IMG/VR virus record: IMGVR_UViG_3300001525_000092
Span: 64,001-128,000 of that record
Origin: a virus
Lineage: Duplodnaviria > Caudoviricetes
Length of the DNA: 64,000 bases
Direction: 5' to 3' (one strand)
Shown here: positions 56,135 through 64,000 of the stretch, piece by piece
Position numbering within the stretch: the first letter of the stretch is position 1
Layout of the letters: the number at the start of each line of letters is the position of its first letter
Notes under the pieces: generated by a model
The model's input: the letters and a program-made list of their open reading frames with translations, nothing else
What the model was told of the DNA's origin: nothing
Database searches by the model: none
Program-made: the position numbers and the translations under genes

Positions 56135-56821
56135 TTATTGCACTACAAAGGACTTTGATGCTACTATAGCAGGTGTCAAGTCATTCAAGTCTTTCACTGC
56201 AGCATTCAAGTCTTCTGCTAGATGCACTGTTGTCCATGATCCTGCTGCTTTCAGTGCTAAGTTTCCTAGATTCTTCTTGAGCGAGTTCAGTACATCTACT
56301 AGCTTGTCTCCTAGTATCATTGGATGGTTGTCTCCTGTCTCTGTACCTACAAACGCTTGGCCTCCTTTCATAGACATCTGCATCCCATTAGAGTTGTTGA
56401 GAACATCTCCGGATGGTGTCATCTGTGATGATGCTGATGTTGACACTCTAGTCATGAATCCTTCATCTCTGTTGTAGTACATCTGGTGTCCTACACCTTC
56501 TCCTGACCTTGACACTAGCACATCATAGTCATCATTCTGTATAGTAGCTGTAGTGTTCATGTTCAAGTCAGGCTTAGGAATGTACCAGTACCCATACTCA
56601 TTCTTGGTGTCATTCAGCACCCATATCTTCTGTCCTTCTTGTGGCTTGGACACTCTCTGATATCCAGAAGAAGAGAAAGGCCATACCCAGAACATGTCAT
56701 TGATGTTCATGCTAGTGTTGTCAAACAATCCAGGAGCAACTGCCTTCACTCTTCCTAGATGCTTAGGATCATTAGCATCTACTACTACTCCCTGATATAT
56801 CTCAAAGTTGCTTAGCTTCAT
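56135..56821 (-). CDS. Baseplate hub/spike protein, gp5 N-terminal OB-fold-like
   Basis: GVVVD.NDP..LGRVK, P..G..IWV. Confidence 0.75.
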   Translation of the reverse strand: MKLSNFEIYQGVVVDANDPKHLGRVKAVAPGLFDNTSMNINDMFWVWPFSSSGYQRVSKPQEGQKIWVLNDTKNEYGYWYIPKPDLNMNTTATIQNDDYDVLVSRSGEGVGHQMYYNRDEGFMTRVSTSASSQMTPSGDVLNNSNGMQMSMKGGQAFVGTETGDNHPMILGDKLVDVLNSLKKNLGNLALKAAGSWTTVHLAEDLNAAVKDLNDLTPAIVASKSFVVQ

Positions 56822-56834
56822 CTCATGTCATTAG

Positions 56835-58655
56835 TTACATTTCTCCTGATGACTCTCCTGATGTGTTGTCTGGTTGCACATCACCCATCATCTCATTGTC
56901 TCCTCCTTCATCTCCTCCATCTGATTCCATTCCAGTTTCATCTCCTGATCCTTCATCTCCTTGATCTTCCATTCCTCCATTCATCTCTTCATCATCTGGA
57001 TTCTCTTCTTCTGCTTCTTCGTTCTCTTTGTCTTCTAACTTGCACTTCTCATTCCATTCTAAGTCTGCTTCCGACATCTTCAGATATCTTAGTATCAAGA
57101 ACTTGTCACTGAAGTATCGCTTCTCATTTCCTTCTGCATCAGTAGTCATGAACGCATCTCTGATGGTCTGGATGTACTCCATTCTCTTAGTGTCAACTTC
57201 AATGTCCATCATCTCATTGAACTGATTGTAAGAGTTGTACTTGAATCCTATGGCATCAAGAATGCGCTTGTCATTCTTCATCTCAGGAATAGAGAGCACT
57301 AGCTGTATCTGCAATGGCTTGATTATGATAGTAGCAAAAGCATTCTGAAGTCTAGTGACAAATCTACCAAAGTTTATCTCATCTCTCAATGTCTGTGTTG
57401 GATCTGATCCAAACCAAGTAGATGCAGCTTCTTTGTCAAATCTGTTCTCTGGTATCTTAGACATCTTGTATAGCTTAGACAAGTGATACTTTAGTTGCTC
57501 ACTGTCATTGAGAGATGGTCCTTGGTCTGTGATAGTCTCTATCTCAGGCTTTCCATTCTCATTCTCTGGCATCCAATATTCTTTGTTGAATGGAAGATTT
57601 GCTTTTCCATTCACTTGCAGCTCGCCTGTCTCAGTATTGAAGCTTATGTCTTCTCTGTATCGGTTCATCGCAGAGTTCAGTGTCTGCATTCCCTTTGCTC
57701 TGTTCATTCCATTGACAGGTATAGTGAACATAGTCTTGAAGCTAGCTTGTGTGACTGTCCATATCACTTGTGCTTGCTCTATGATTCTGTATATGTTGAA
57801 TGGACGTATCAGGCGCTCAAGATAAGACTGTCTCTCTGACACTCCACTGTCTTCATACTTAACATATATGACTTGTGAGTCCAGAAGCTTGCGCTCTTGT
57901 CCAATCACTCCTTTGAACTGTGTCCAAGAAAGCACACCATCTTCTACTGATCTAGTGAGTGTGGCAGGATCTATGTCTACAATGCCAGTTATCATGTGTG
58001 GATTCTCTAGATTGTCATAGATTATCTCAAATGCTATGACACCATCTATCAGCCATCTCTTGAACTGATCCCAGGCATGATGCTTCCAGTCTAGAAGCAT
58101 GTATATCTTGTAGAATGAGGTGTCTATGGAGTTCTGTATTGCTTTAGATGATTCTTCATTGAGTGTCTGCAGAACGGCATTGTCAATGTACGGCTCTCCA
58201 ACATAAATATCTTGGTCATCATAAACTATGCATTCATTCGACATGATGTCGAGAATGTCTTCGAGCTCTGGTTGCATTGCAAGCGTTCTCAGTGTGTCAC
58301 GCTTCTGCTCAAGTGTCTTCTCTCTGAATGGCTTGTCTTCTTCTGGCTTCTTCTTCCAGTTGTCCATCAGTCCATTGTAGAGAGATCCATTGAGCATCAT
58401 CTTCTCACTGTCAGACTGAAGAAGCTTGTCAGCAGGAACAGCAACCATGTTCTTCTCTACTTTTCCTGTCCAGTCCATTCCATAGTGACTTAGCTTGTAG
58501 AATATCTTTGACAGCTTAGATGATGTTCCTCCTCTAGTAGTAGTTCCAGTAGTGCTTATTCCATTTATAGTAGTGTTGAAGTTCTGAGAAGACTGCATTG
58601 CCTCATACAACGATTGCTGTCCTTCTAGAACGTCTGTCAAGTTTCCAAATATCAT
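56835..58655 (-). CDS. Portal protein (T4 gp20-like)
   Basis: LA..PE.ED..D...NE, W.IDG, SYLE..I.P.N, EYWMP, K+P..R, RDEI.F. Confidence 0.9.
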   Translation of the reverse strand: MIFGNLTDVLEGQQSLYEAMQSSQNFNTTINGISTTGTTTRGGTSSKLSKIFYKLSHYGMDWTGKVEKNMVAVPADKLLQSDSEKMMLNGSLYNGLMDNWKKKPEEDKPFREKTLEQKRDTLRTLAMQPELEDILDIMSNECIVYDDQDIYVGEPYIDNAVLQTLNEESSKAIQNSIDTSFYKIYMLLDWKHHAWDQFKRWLIDGVIAFEIIYDNLENPHMITGIVDIDPATLTRSVEDGVLSWTQFKGVIGQERKLLDSQVIYVKYEDSGVSERQSYLERLIRPFNIYRIIEQAQVIWTVTQASFKTMFTIPVNGMNRAKGMQTLNSAMNRYREDISFNTETGELQVNGKANLPFNKEYWMPENENGKPEIETITDQGPSLNDSEQLKYHLSKLYKMSKIPENRFDKEAASTWFGSDPTQTLRDEINFGRFVTRLQNAFATIIIKPLQIQLVLSIPEMKNDKRILDAIGFKYNSYNQFNEMMDIEVDTKRMEYIQTIRDAFMTTDAEGNEKRYFSDKFLILRYLKMSEADLEWNEKCKLEDKENEEAEEENPDDEEMNGGMEDQGDEGSGDETGMESDGGDEGGDNEMMGDVQPDNTSGESSGEM

Positions 58656-58764
58656 AGATATTGATATAGTACTATTTAGTTGTATATGTAAAAATAGGAA
58701 ATCTTAATTTGAAATTTCTTAGAAGATGTCTATATATTTTGCGTGACAAAATGTTATAAAAAGT

Positions 58765-58792
58765 TTGAAATTTAATTCAACTTTTCTATATT
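58765..58792 (+). promoter_or_regulatory. Class A promoter
   Basis: TTGAAA-N16-TATATT. Confidence 0.7.
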
Positions 58793-58812
58793 ATATCCGA
58801 ACTTAAAAAGAA

Positions 58813-60021
58813 ATGACAATGAGAAATCCAAGAATGTACTTCACTATTGAGTCAGGAATCTTCTATCCTTATCGTGGACAGAATTCTGTCTTAGATGCAA
58901 GATATAGAGGAAACACAAAGATAGTAGAAGAGACACTCTCTACTTATTCTAAAAAGATTAAGTCTTATATAGAGAGAAACAAGAACAAGAATGTAGTGTA
59001 CTGCACTTCAGACTATTCTTTTGACAACAAGACATTTGTATTTAGCTTTGATAGAGTTCCATCAATATCATCAGACAAAGATCTAGAGACATTGTTCGGT
59101 GTCAAGTCTAAGTTTGATGCTACTAAGAAATATTGTTTTCCTTCTACTTCTTCTACTTCTTCTAATATAAGTGAAAGCAATGAAGAAGAAAAGAACATGT
59201 TGTTCATAGACACTCTTCCTGAGTGTCCTGACATCAATGATACTGGATTCTATGTAGAAGACAAGAATTGGAAGTACTTAGTGAGAAACATCAAGCGAAA
59301 GAAGCCAACTTTGTTGATTGGTCCTACTGGAACTGGCAAGACTGAGCTTATCTTGATGGCTTGCAAAGAACTTGGAGTGAACTGTGAAGTGCATGACATG
59401 GGAGCTATGCAAGATCCACTTACTGACTTGCTTGGATGTCATCGAATCAAGAATGGAAACTCTACTTTTGACTATGCTAAGTTTGTAGATGATGTACAGA
59501 AACCTGGAGTCATTCTTCTTGATGAGCTTTCTCGTGCTCCATTGATGACTAACAACATCTTGTTTCCTTGTCTTGACAATAGACGAGAGTTGCCATTGGC
59601 AATTGCAGATTCAGAAGGACCTCGATCAGTCAAAGTCCATCCAGATTGTGTCTTCATTGCAACTGCTAACATTGGATCTGAATATAGTGGCACTCAAGAG
59701 ATCGATGCAGCTCTCATGAACAGATTCTTGCCTCTCAAAGTAGACTACATGCCTAGACAGAATGAGATAGAAGTATTAGAGAAGAGATGTAACATATCAG
59801 AAGATGATGCTGTCACTATTGTCAAGTTTGCTAATGCAATGAGACAAGGAAACAAAGAAGGAAACATTGCTTATCCAGTGTCAACTCGAGAGAACATCGC
59901 AATTGGAGAGATGCTAGCAGATGGATTTGACTTGATTGATGCAGTGACATTTGTCATATGCAACAAGTTCAATGATGAAGATCTGAAACCTGTCAAGCAA
60001 TTGATGATGACAATGAACTAA
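58813..60021 (+). CDS. AAA+ ATPase, MoxR/CbbQ/CobS-like
   Basis: GPTGTGKT, LLDELSR, ATAN, DAAL..RF, STR. Confidence 0.9.
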   Translation: MTMRNPRMYFTIESGIFYPYRGQNSVLDARYRGNTKIVEETLSTYSKKIKSYIERNKNKNVVYCTSDYSFDNKTFVFSFDRVPSISSDKDLETLFGVKSKFDATKKYCFPSTSSTSSNISESNEEEKNMLFIDTLPECPDINDTGFYVEDKNWKYLVRNIKRKKPTLLIGPTGTGKTELILMACKELGVNCEVHDMGAMQDPLTDLLGCHRIKNGNSTFDYAKFVDDVQKPGVILLDELSRAPLMTNNILFPCLDNRRELPLAIADSEGPRSVKVHPDCVFIATANIGSEYSGTQEIDAALMNRFLPLKVDYMPRQNEIEVLEKRCNISEDDAVTIVKFANAMRQGNKEGNIAYPVSTRENIAIGEMLADGFDLIDAVTFVICNKFNDEDLKPVKQLMMTMN

Positions 60022-60119
60022 TTGTAAAATAAATTATATATGCGAAAACTATCAAAATCTCTTATATAAGCAAGATTAATTAACTTCGTAGTAATAAATG
60101 TAATAATTTTTTATATAAC

Positions 60120-60356
60120 ATGGAAAGAATATTGTATATAGTTAGAGGATTCTTGGTATGCTTGCTGTTTCACAATATAGAATATTGGGACAGCAATCCT
60201 AATAGAGATGTTGGACCAATGTTCTGGAGAAGATACATGGCAGGAGACATTCATACTTGGTATGGTAGAGTAATTCATACTTATGAAATGAAGAAATTCT
60301 CTTATGAATATGTTGGGAGATGGTTTGTAGATAGTAGAAGTGAACTTTATGAATAA
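60120..60356 (+). CDS. Hypothetical protein
   Basis: Small ORF in operon. Confidence 0.45.
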   Translation: MERILYIVRGFLVCLLFHNIEYWDSNPNRDVGPMFWRRYMAGDIHTWYGRVIHTYEMKKFSYEYVGRWFVDSRSELYE

Positions 60357-60367
60357 AGAAAAAGAAT

Positions 60368-60769
60368 ATGAGAGTGTACAATGCATTGCATAGCAGAGCA
60401 AGAGAGAACAACATGAAGATTGACAATGACTTCTTGCTCATTAAGCAAATAACTAACATCTATAATTATCATGTAAAGAAAGACAAGGACACCAAACAAG
60501 AATACATAGATGATGCTCAGACAAATGACTTGCTCATAAGAAAGTCAGACATATGCAAGATAGAAGCTACTTTTCCAGTGAAGATACAAATGAAAGATGA
60601 TAGAGTATATGAGTGCTTGCAATCATTCTCTATGATATACAATCAATTGTTCAGAGATTGTAGCACACGTCCATACACTCCTTATGGTGAGTATCTAGGC
60701 AACAAAGAGGAAAAAGAAACTAAATCAGAAAACTTAGAAAACAACAATATAGATGAAGACTTCTTATAA
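60368..60769 (+). CDS. Hypothetical protein
   Basis: ORF in operon. Confidence 0.55.
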   Translation: MRVYNALHSRARENNMKIDNDFLLIKQITNIYNYHVKKDKDTKQEYIDDAQTNDLLIRKSDICKIEATFPVKIQMKDDRVYECLQSFSMIYNQLFRDCSTRPYTPYGEYLGNKEEKETKSENLENNNIDEDFL

Positions 60770-61361
60770 GATCAACTTAATCAAGATGTATGTCTCTACT
60801 GTACTGAAAGAATATTCTAGATTATATAGAGAAGAAGGAATCAGCTCAGTAGTCAAGAACTGCATCAGCAACATCATCAATAGTTACAAGCACATTCCTT
60901 ATAGCTATGCACATAGTAGATGCTATGTCAAAGTAGAGAATCATCTAGGGTATGGGTTTCATCATTGGCATGACTGGGACAAGATCATCATGTTTGCTTT
61001 AGTTCCGTGGCTAAGTCCTGATTGCATCAATACCATCCATGTTCTGATGCAGAAGCATCATCCTATCTATTGGACTAAAGATGAGAACACAGGAAACTGG
61101 ATCAAGAAGTACAAGGATGCTTATTCTGAAGTTGATTGGGAGCAAGCAATAGTAGACTGGGAATGTGCTAGGTTCACTAAGCCGGACAAGCCTCTTGATG
61201 CTTATGACACTTATTGCAAGTACTACAAAGGAATAAGCTATGACTTTGACAAGAAGATTCTGTCTATGCTAGATGCATTGAACTTGATACATTGGACTGA
61301 TAGGTCTGATACAGACTTAGTTTGTAAGACAGACATCATGAAAGACTTTGTTTGGAAATAA
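60753..61361 (+). CDS. HD-like phosphohydrolase-fold hypothetical protein
   Basis: H..HDWDK..H....HHP..DW. Confidence 0.5.
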   Translation: MKTSYKINLIKMYVSTVLKEYSRLYREEGISSVVKNCISNIINSYKHIPYSYAHSRCYVKVENHLGYGFHHWHDWDKIIMFALVPWLSPDCINTIHVLMQKHHPIYWTKDENTGNWIKKYKDAYSEVDWEQAIVDWECARFTKPDKPLDAYDTYCKYYKGISYDFDKKILSMLDALNLIHWTDRSDTDLVCKTDIMKDFVWK

Positions 61362-61426
61362 TGTTGAACATGTTCAATGGAAAGACTATGTTCAATATGA
61401 TTGAACAATTATAAAAGAATGAACAA

Positions 61427-62968
61427 ATGATTATAGACAGAAGCTGGAACAAGAAGAACAAGACATTTTATATATCTTACTTAGACAAGAATGGAAACAG
61501 AGCATTCTACACTAAGCAAATGAACTACTGGAAGACTTATGAGAACAATCCTAATGGAAAGTTCAGGACATGGGAAGACAAGCCTTGTGAGCAAGTCTTC
61601 AAAGATGCTAACAAGTATAGTCCTAATGAGTTTGATCAATTAGAGTTCATATACAACTTACCGGAAGACATCAAGAAGGAAATTCAAGCGATGCGATTCC
61701 CGAGGGTTTATTTTAGTGACATAGAAACTACTATTGGTGAAGAATTCCCTGATCCCGAGAAAGCAGAGCAAAAGATACAGTTGATAAGCTTAGTAGGTCC
61801 TGACTTGTCTGTCATGGTGCTTGGAATCAAGCCATTGTCAGAAGAGCAACAAGAAATTCTCAGACAGAGATATCTGAAGTACATAGATGATTGTGAGTTT
61901 GCTAGAGAGTTGGTGAAGTCAAAGAAATGGAATCCTAAAGTGTACTATCATAGCTTTGATACAGAAGAAGCTATGCTAGAGCATTGGTACACTAGAATCA
62001 TGCCTAAGATTGGATGTCTTGCTGGATGGAACTACTATCGATTTGACTGGCAGTACATGTGGAATAGAATTAACAATCTGTTTGGCAAGTTCAAAGCACA
62101 GCAACTGATGAAAGCAGCTAGTCCTATTGGAGAGATGGACAAGATATCATGGTCAGAGATGGATGGAACTAAGTATAGTGTGCCTAGTCCAAAGCATTGC
62201 ATGATATGGGACTACATGGAGCTTATCAAGAAGTATGAGTTCAGTCTGAGACCTTATGAGAGCTACTCATTAGATTGGGTAGGTAGTCATAGTGTGAATG
62301 CACACAAAGTGAAGTACAAAGGAACAATGAAGGAATGCTATGAAAATGACTATCCATTGTTTGTGTATTACAATGCAGTTGACTCTTGCTTGAATGCATT
62401 GATTCATTATCGATTCAAGTGCATCGAAAGTCCATGTGCATCTGGCGCAGTGACAAATGTTCCTGCATTGAAGTCAATGGGTCAAGTAGCACTCACAACA
62501 GCAAACTTGTTCTATGAGTTCTACAATGACAACAAGCATGTAGTGTATGACTACAATGGAATTGACAGAACAAAGGTTCCTTATGAAGGTGCATTCTGTG
62601 GTGCAGTTCCAGGAAGACATGAGTATTGTGTGTGTGATGACTTTGCTTCACTTTATCCATCACAGATCATCACTTGCAACTTAAGTCCAGAATCTATTGT
62701 CAAGAACTTAGTTGGTCCAGATAGTCTTGGAAGATACACAGAGATTCCATGGACTGAAGCAGACTTAGAGAAGTTCAGGAAAGATCCTAACTACTTTGTC
62801 TCTGTCATGGGCACTGTATACAAGAATGACAAGCAATATGCATTTCCTAGACTCCAAGCAAGACAGAAGAGACTTCGAAATGAATATAAATACATAGGAT
62901 GGAAAATTGATGCAGAATTGCTTTCTGAGATAGATCGATTGATAAAAGAAAAAGAAAATGCTGCATAG
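61427..62968 (+). CDS. Family B DNA polymerase, N-terminal subunit (3'-5' exonuclease plus motif A)
   Basis: DIET, GWN..FD, SYSLD, YNAVD, YEGA, DFASLYPS..NLSPE; motifs B and C absent. Confidence 0.9.
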   Translation: MIIDRSWNKKNKTFYISYLDKNGNRAFYTKQMNYWKTYENNPNGKFRTWEDKPCEQVFKDANKYSPNEFDQLEFIYNLPEDIKKEIQAMRFPRVYFSDIETTIGEEFPDPEKAEQKIQLISLVGPDLSVMVLGIKPLSEEQQEILRQRYLKYIDDCEFARELVKSKKWNPKVYYHSFDTEEAMLEHWYTRIMPKIGCLAGWNYYRFDWQYMWNRINNLFGKFKAQQLMKAASPIGEMDKISWSEMDGTKYSVPSPKHCMIWDYMELIKKYEFSLRPYESYSLDWVGSHSVNAHKVKYKGTMKECYENDYPLFVYYNAVDSCLNALIHYRFKCIESPCASGAVTNVPALKSMGQVALTTANLFYEFYNDNKHVVYDYNGIDRTKVPYEGAFCGAVPGRHEYCVCDDFASLYPSQIITCNLSPESIVKNLVGPDSLGRYTEIPWTEADLEKFRKDPNYFVSVMGTVYKNDKQYAFPRLQARQKRLRNEYKYIGWKIDAELLSEIDRLIKEKENAA

Positions 62969-62976
62969 ATAGATGA

Positions 62977-63006
62977 ATGGATTGACAATTGTCAATCCAT
63001 TTTTTA
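62977..63006 (+). terminator. Terminator after polB-N
   Basis: AATGGATTGAC-AATT-GTCAATCCATT TTTT. Confidence 0.8.
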
Positions 63007-63024
63007 AAAAAGTTCATCATTAAA

Positions 63025-63052
63025 ATGAAATTTTCATTTTTATTTCTATATT
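63025..63052 (+). promoter_or_regulatory. Class A promoter
   Basis: ATGAAA-N16-TATATT. Confidence 0.6.
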
Positions 63053-63098
63053 ATAGATGTCAATAAAATAATTATTCATCTTATAAAACAACAAGACA

Positions 63099-63449
63099 AT
63101 GGCAAGAGCATCATATAAAGTAAAGAACATTTCATTAGTAGACAACAACATCAATAACACTGGTTATGAGCAATATGAAGTTATTGTTGAGTGGACTAAC
63201 AAACTTAATGAAGTTCGCGAAGTGAGAGACATTGTTATTGTCAATCCTCACTCTACTATATATGGCAAGTATCCTAAGCCATTGTTCATCAAGTACCCTT
63301 CTAGACACTCATTCTTTGTCAACAAAGTGAACTTCCATTCTTTAGGTGATGATGTTGACAGAGCAATCAAGAAAAATGTTGCTAAAGCTCTTCTCAAGTT
63401 CATGTACCCTGGTACAGAAGGAAGACAGTATGTAGCAGAAATTTTCTAA
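63099..63449 (+). CDS. Hypothetical protein
   Basis: Follows promoter; no polymerase motifs. Confidence 0.6.
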   Translation: MARASYKVKNISLVDNNINNTGYEQYEVIVEWTNKLNEVREVRDIVIVNPHSTIYGKYPKPLFIKYPSRHSFFVNKVNFHSLGDDVDRAIKKNVAKALLKFMYPGTEGRQYVAEIF

Positions 63450-63471
63450 TTACTAGCATACAGACAATAAT

Positions 63472-63792
63472 ATGAAAAGATATGGCAGAAGTCTGAAGAA
63501 CTTTCTTTACTTAGGAAAGAAACCGGATACTCTTCTCGGAAAGAGAGTATATCAGATTACTTATGTGGTCAATGGACATGATGAACTAGAAAAGTTAGTT
63601 CATTGTGTTGTTGAGATTGTAGATGGTGCATTGAATGGAAAAGATTGCCCTATCATCCTTTCTCATAAGTTTAGTCAAGAAAAGGAAGATGGATCTATAT
63701 CGGATATGAATTCATTTGACAAGAAAGAAGTCACTTATGTAGATAACACTATAAAGAGAATGTTCATTAAAGAAAAGATTAATTTTGATTAG
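63472..63792 (+). CDS. Hypothetical protein
   Basis: ORF in operon. Confidence 0.55.
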   Translation: MKRYGRSLKNFLYLGKKPDTLLGKRVYQITYVVNGHDELEKLVHCVVEIVDGALNGKDCPIILSHKFSQEKEDGSISDMNSFDKKEVTYVDNTIKRMFIKEKINFD

Positions 63793-63794
63793 AT

Positions 63795-64000
63795 ATGGAG
63801 TACAGGACTCAGTTGCAGACATTGCTAGAAAAGACTTACAAGAACAAGAGACTTTGCATCACTAAATATGAGGCTATGAGCGATAGTAGAGGAATAGGAA
63901 TAGGATGGGGTGATGTGAAGCATGTAGGTAGATGCATATCAGTCAAAGTTGATGGCATCATGACCAAGAACACTAACTGTGAAGCATACAAGATTAGTGT
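63795..64000 (+). CDS. Hypothetical protein, truncated by window end
   Basis: MEYRTQLQTLLEK.. open to the end. Confidence 0.5.
   Translation, partial: MEYRTQLQTLLEKTYKNKRLCITKYEAMSDSRGIGIGWGDVKHVGRCISVKVDGIMTKNTNCEAYKIS

Noticed and set aside
61427-62968. Split intein or intron explaining the short polB
   Set aside because: No intein N-terminal block, and the downstream sequence is a terminator and promoter, not an intron
1-64000. CRISPR array or DGR template/variable repeat
   Set aside because: No regularly spaced direct repeats, cas genes, reverse transcriptase or adenine-variant repeat pair seen by eye

Overview
AT-rich 64-kb segment of a large T4-like (myovirus-type) jumbo phage read in standard code 11. 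The host is probably Bacteroidota, inferred from a Prevotella/Bacteroides-style lipoprotein and the lack of obvious Shine-Dalgarno motifs. Recognisable genes are a gp32-like SSB, GH24 lysozyme, DHH phosphoesterase, nrdD/nrdG, papain-like peptidase, gp26/gp51-like baseplate genes, gp46/gp47, RNase H-like flap nuclease, two giant virion-type proteins, terminase, gp5-like hub, portal, AAA+ ATPase and the N-terminal half of a split family-B DNA polymerase. There are 4 apparently intact free-standing homing endonucleases plus a degenerate one, and an array of 23 tRNAs. Features the ORF track does not explain: (i) a ~100-bp GC-rich dyad element with a switchable A:B/B:C fold, in 5 dispersed copies; (ii) an ORF-less group I intron splitting the NrdD glycyl-radical motif; (iii) a tRNA-Tyr 5' half fused to ~230 nt of structured RNA; (iv) a ~233-nt structured ncRNA candidate in the tRNA array; (v) attenuator-like leader peptides and boxA-like motifs around the tRNA array; (vi) two phage promoter classes; (vii) T4 capsid-targeting-like leaders, one on an ADP-ribosyltransferase-like protein. 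All calls are by eye, without database searches.
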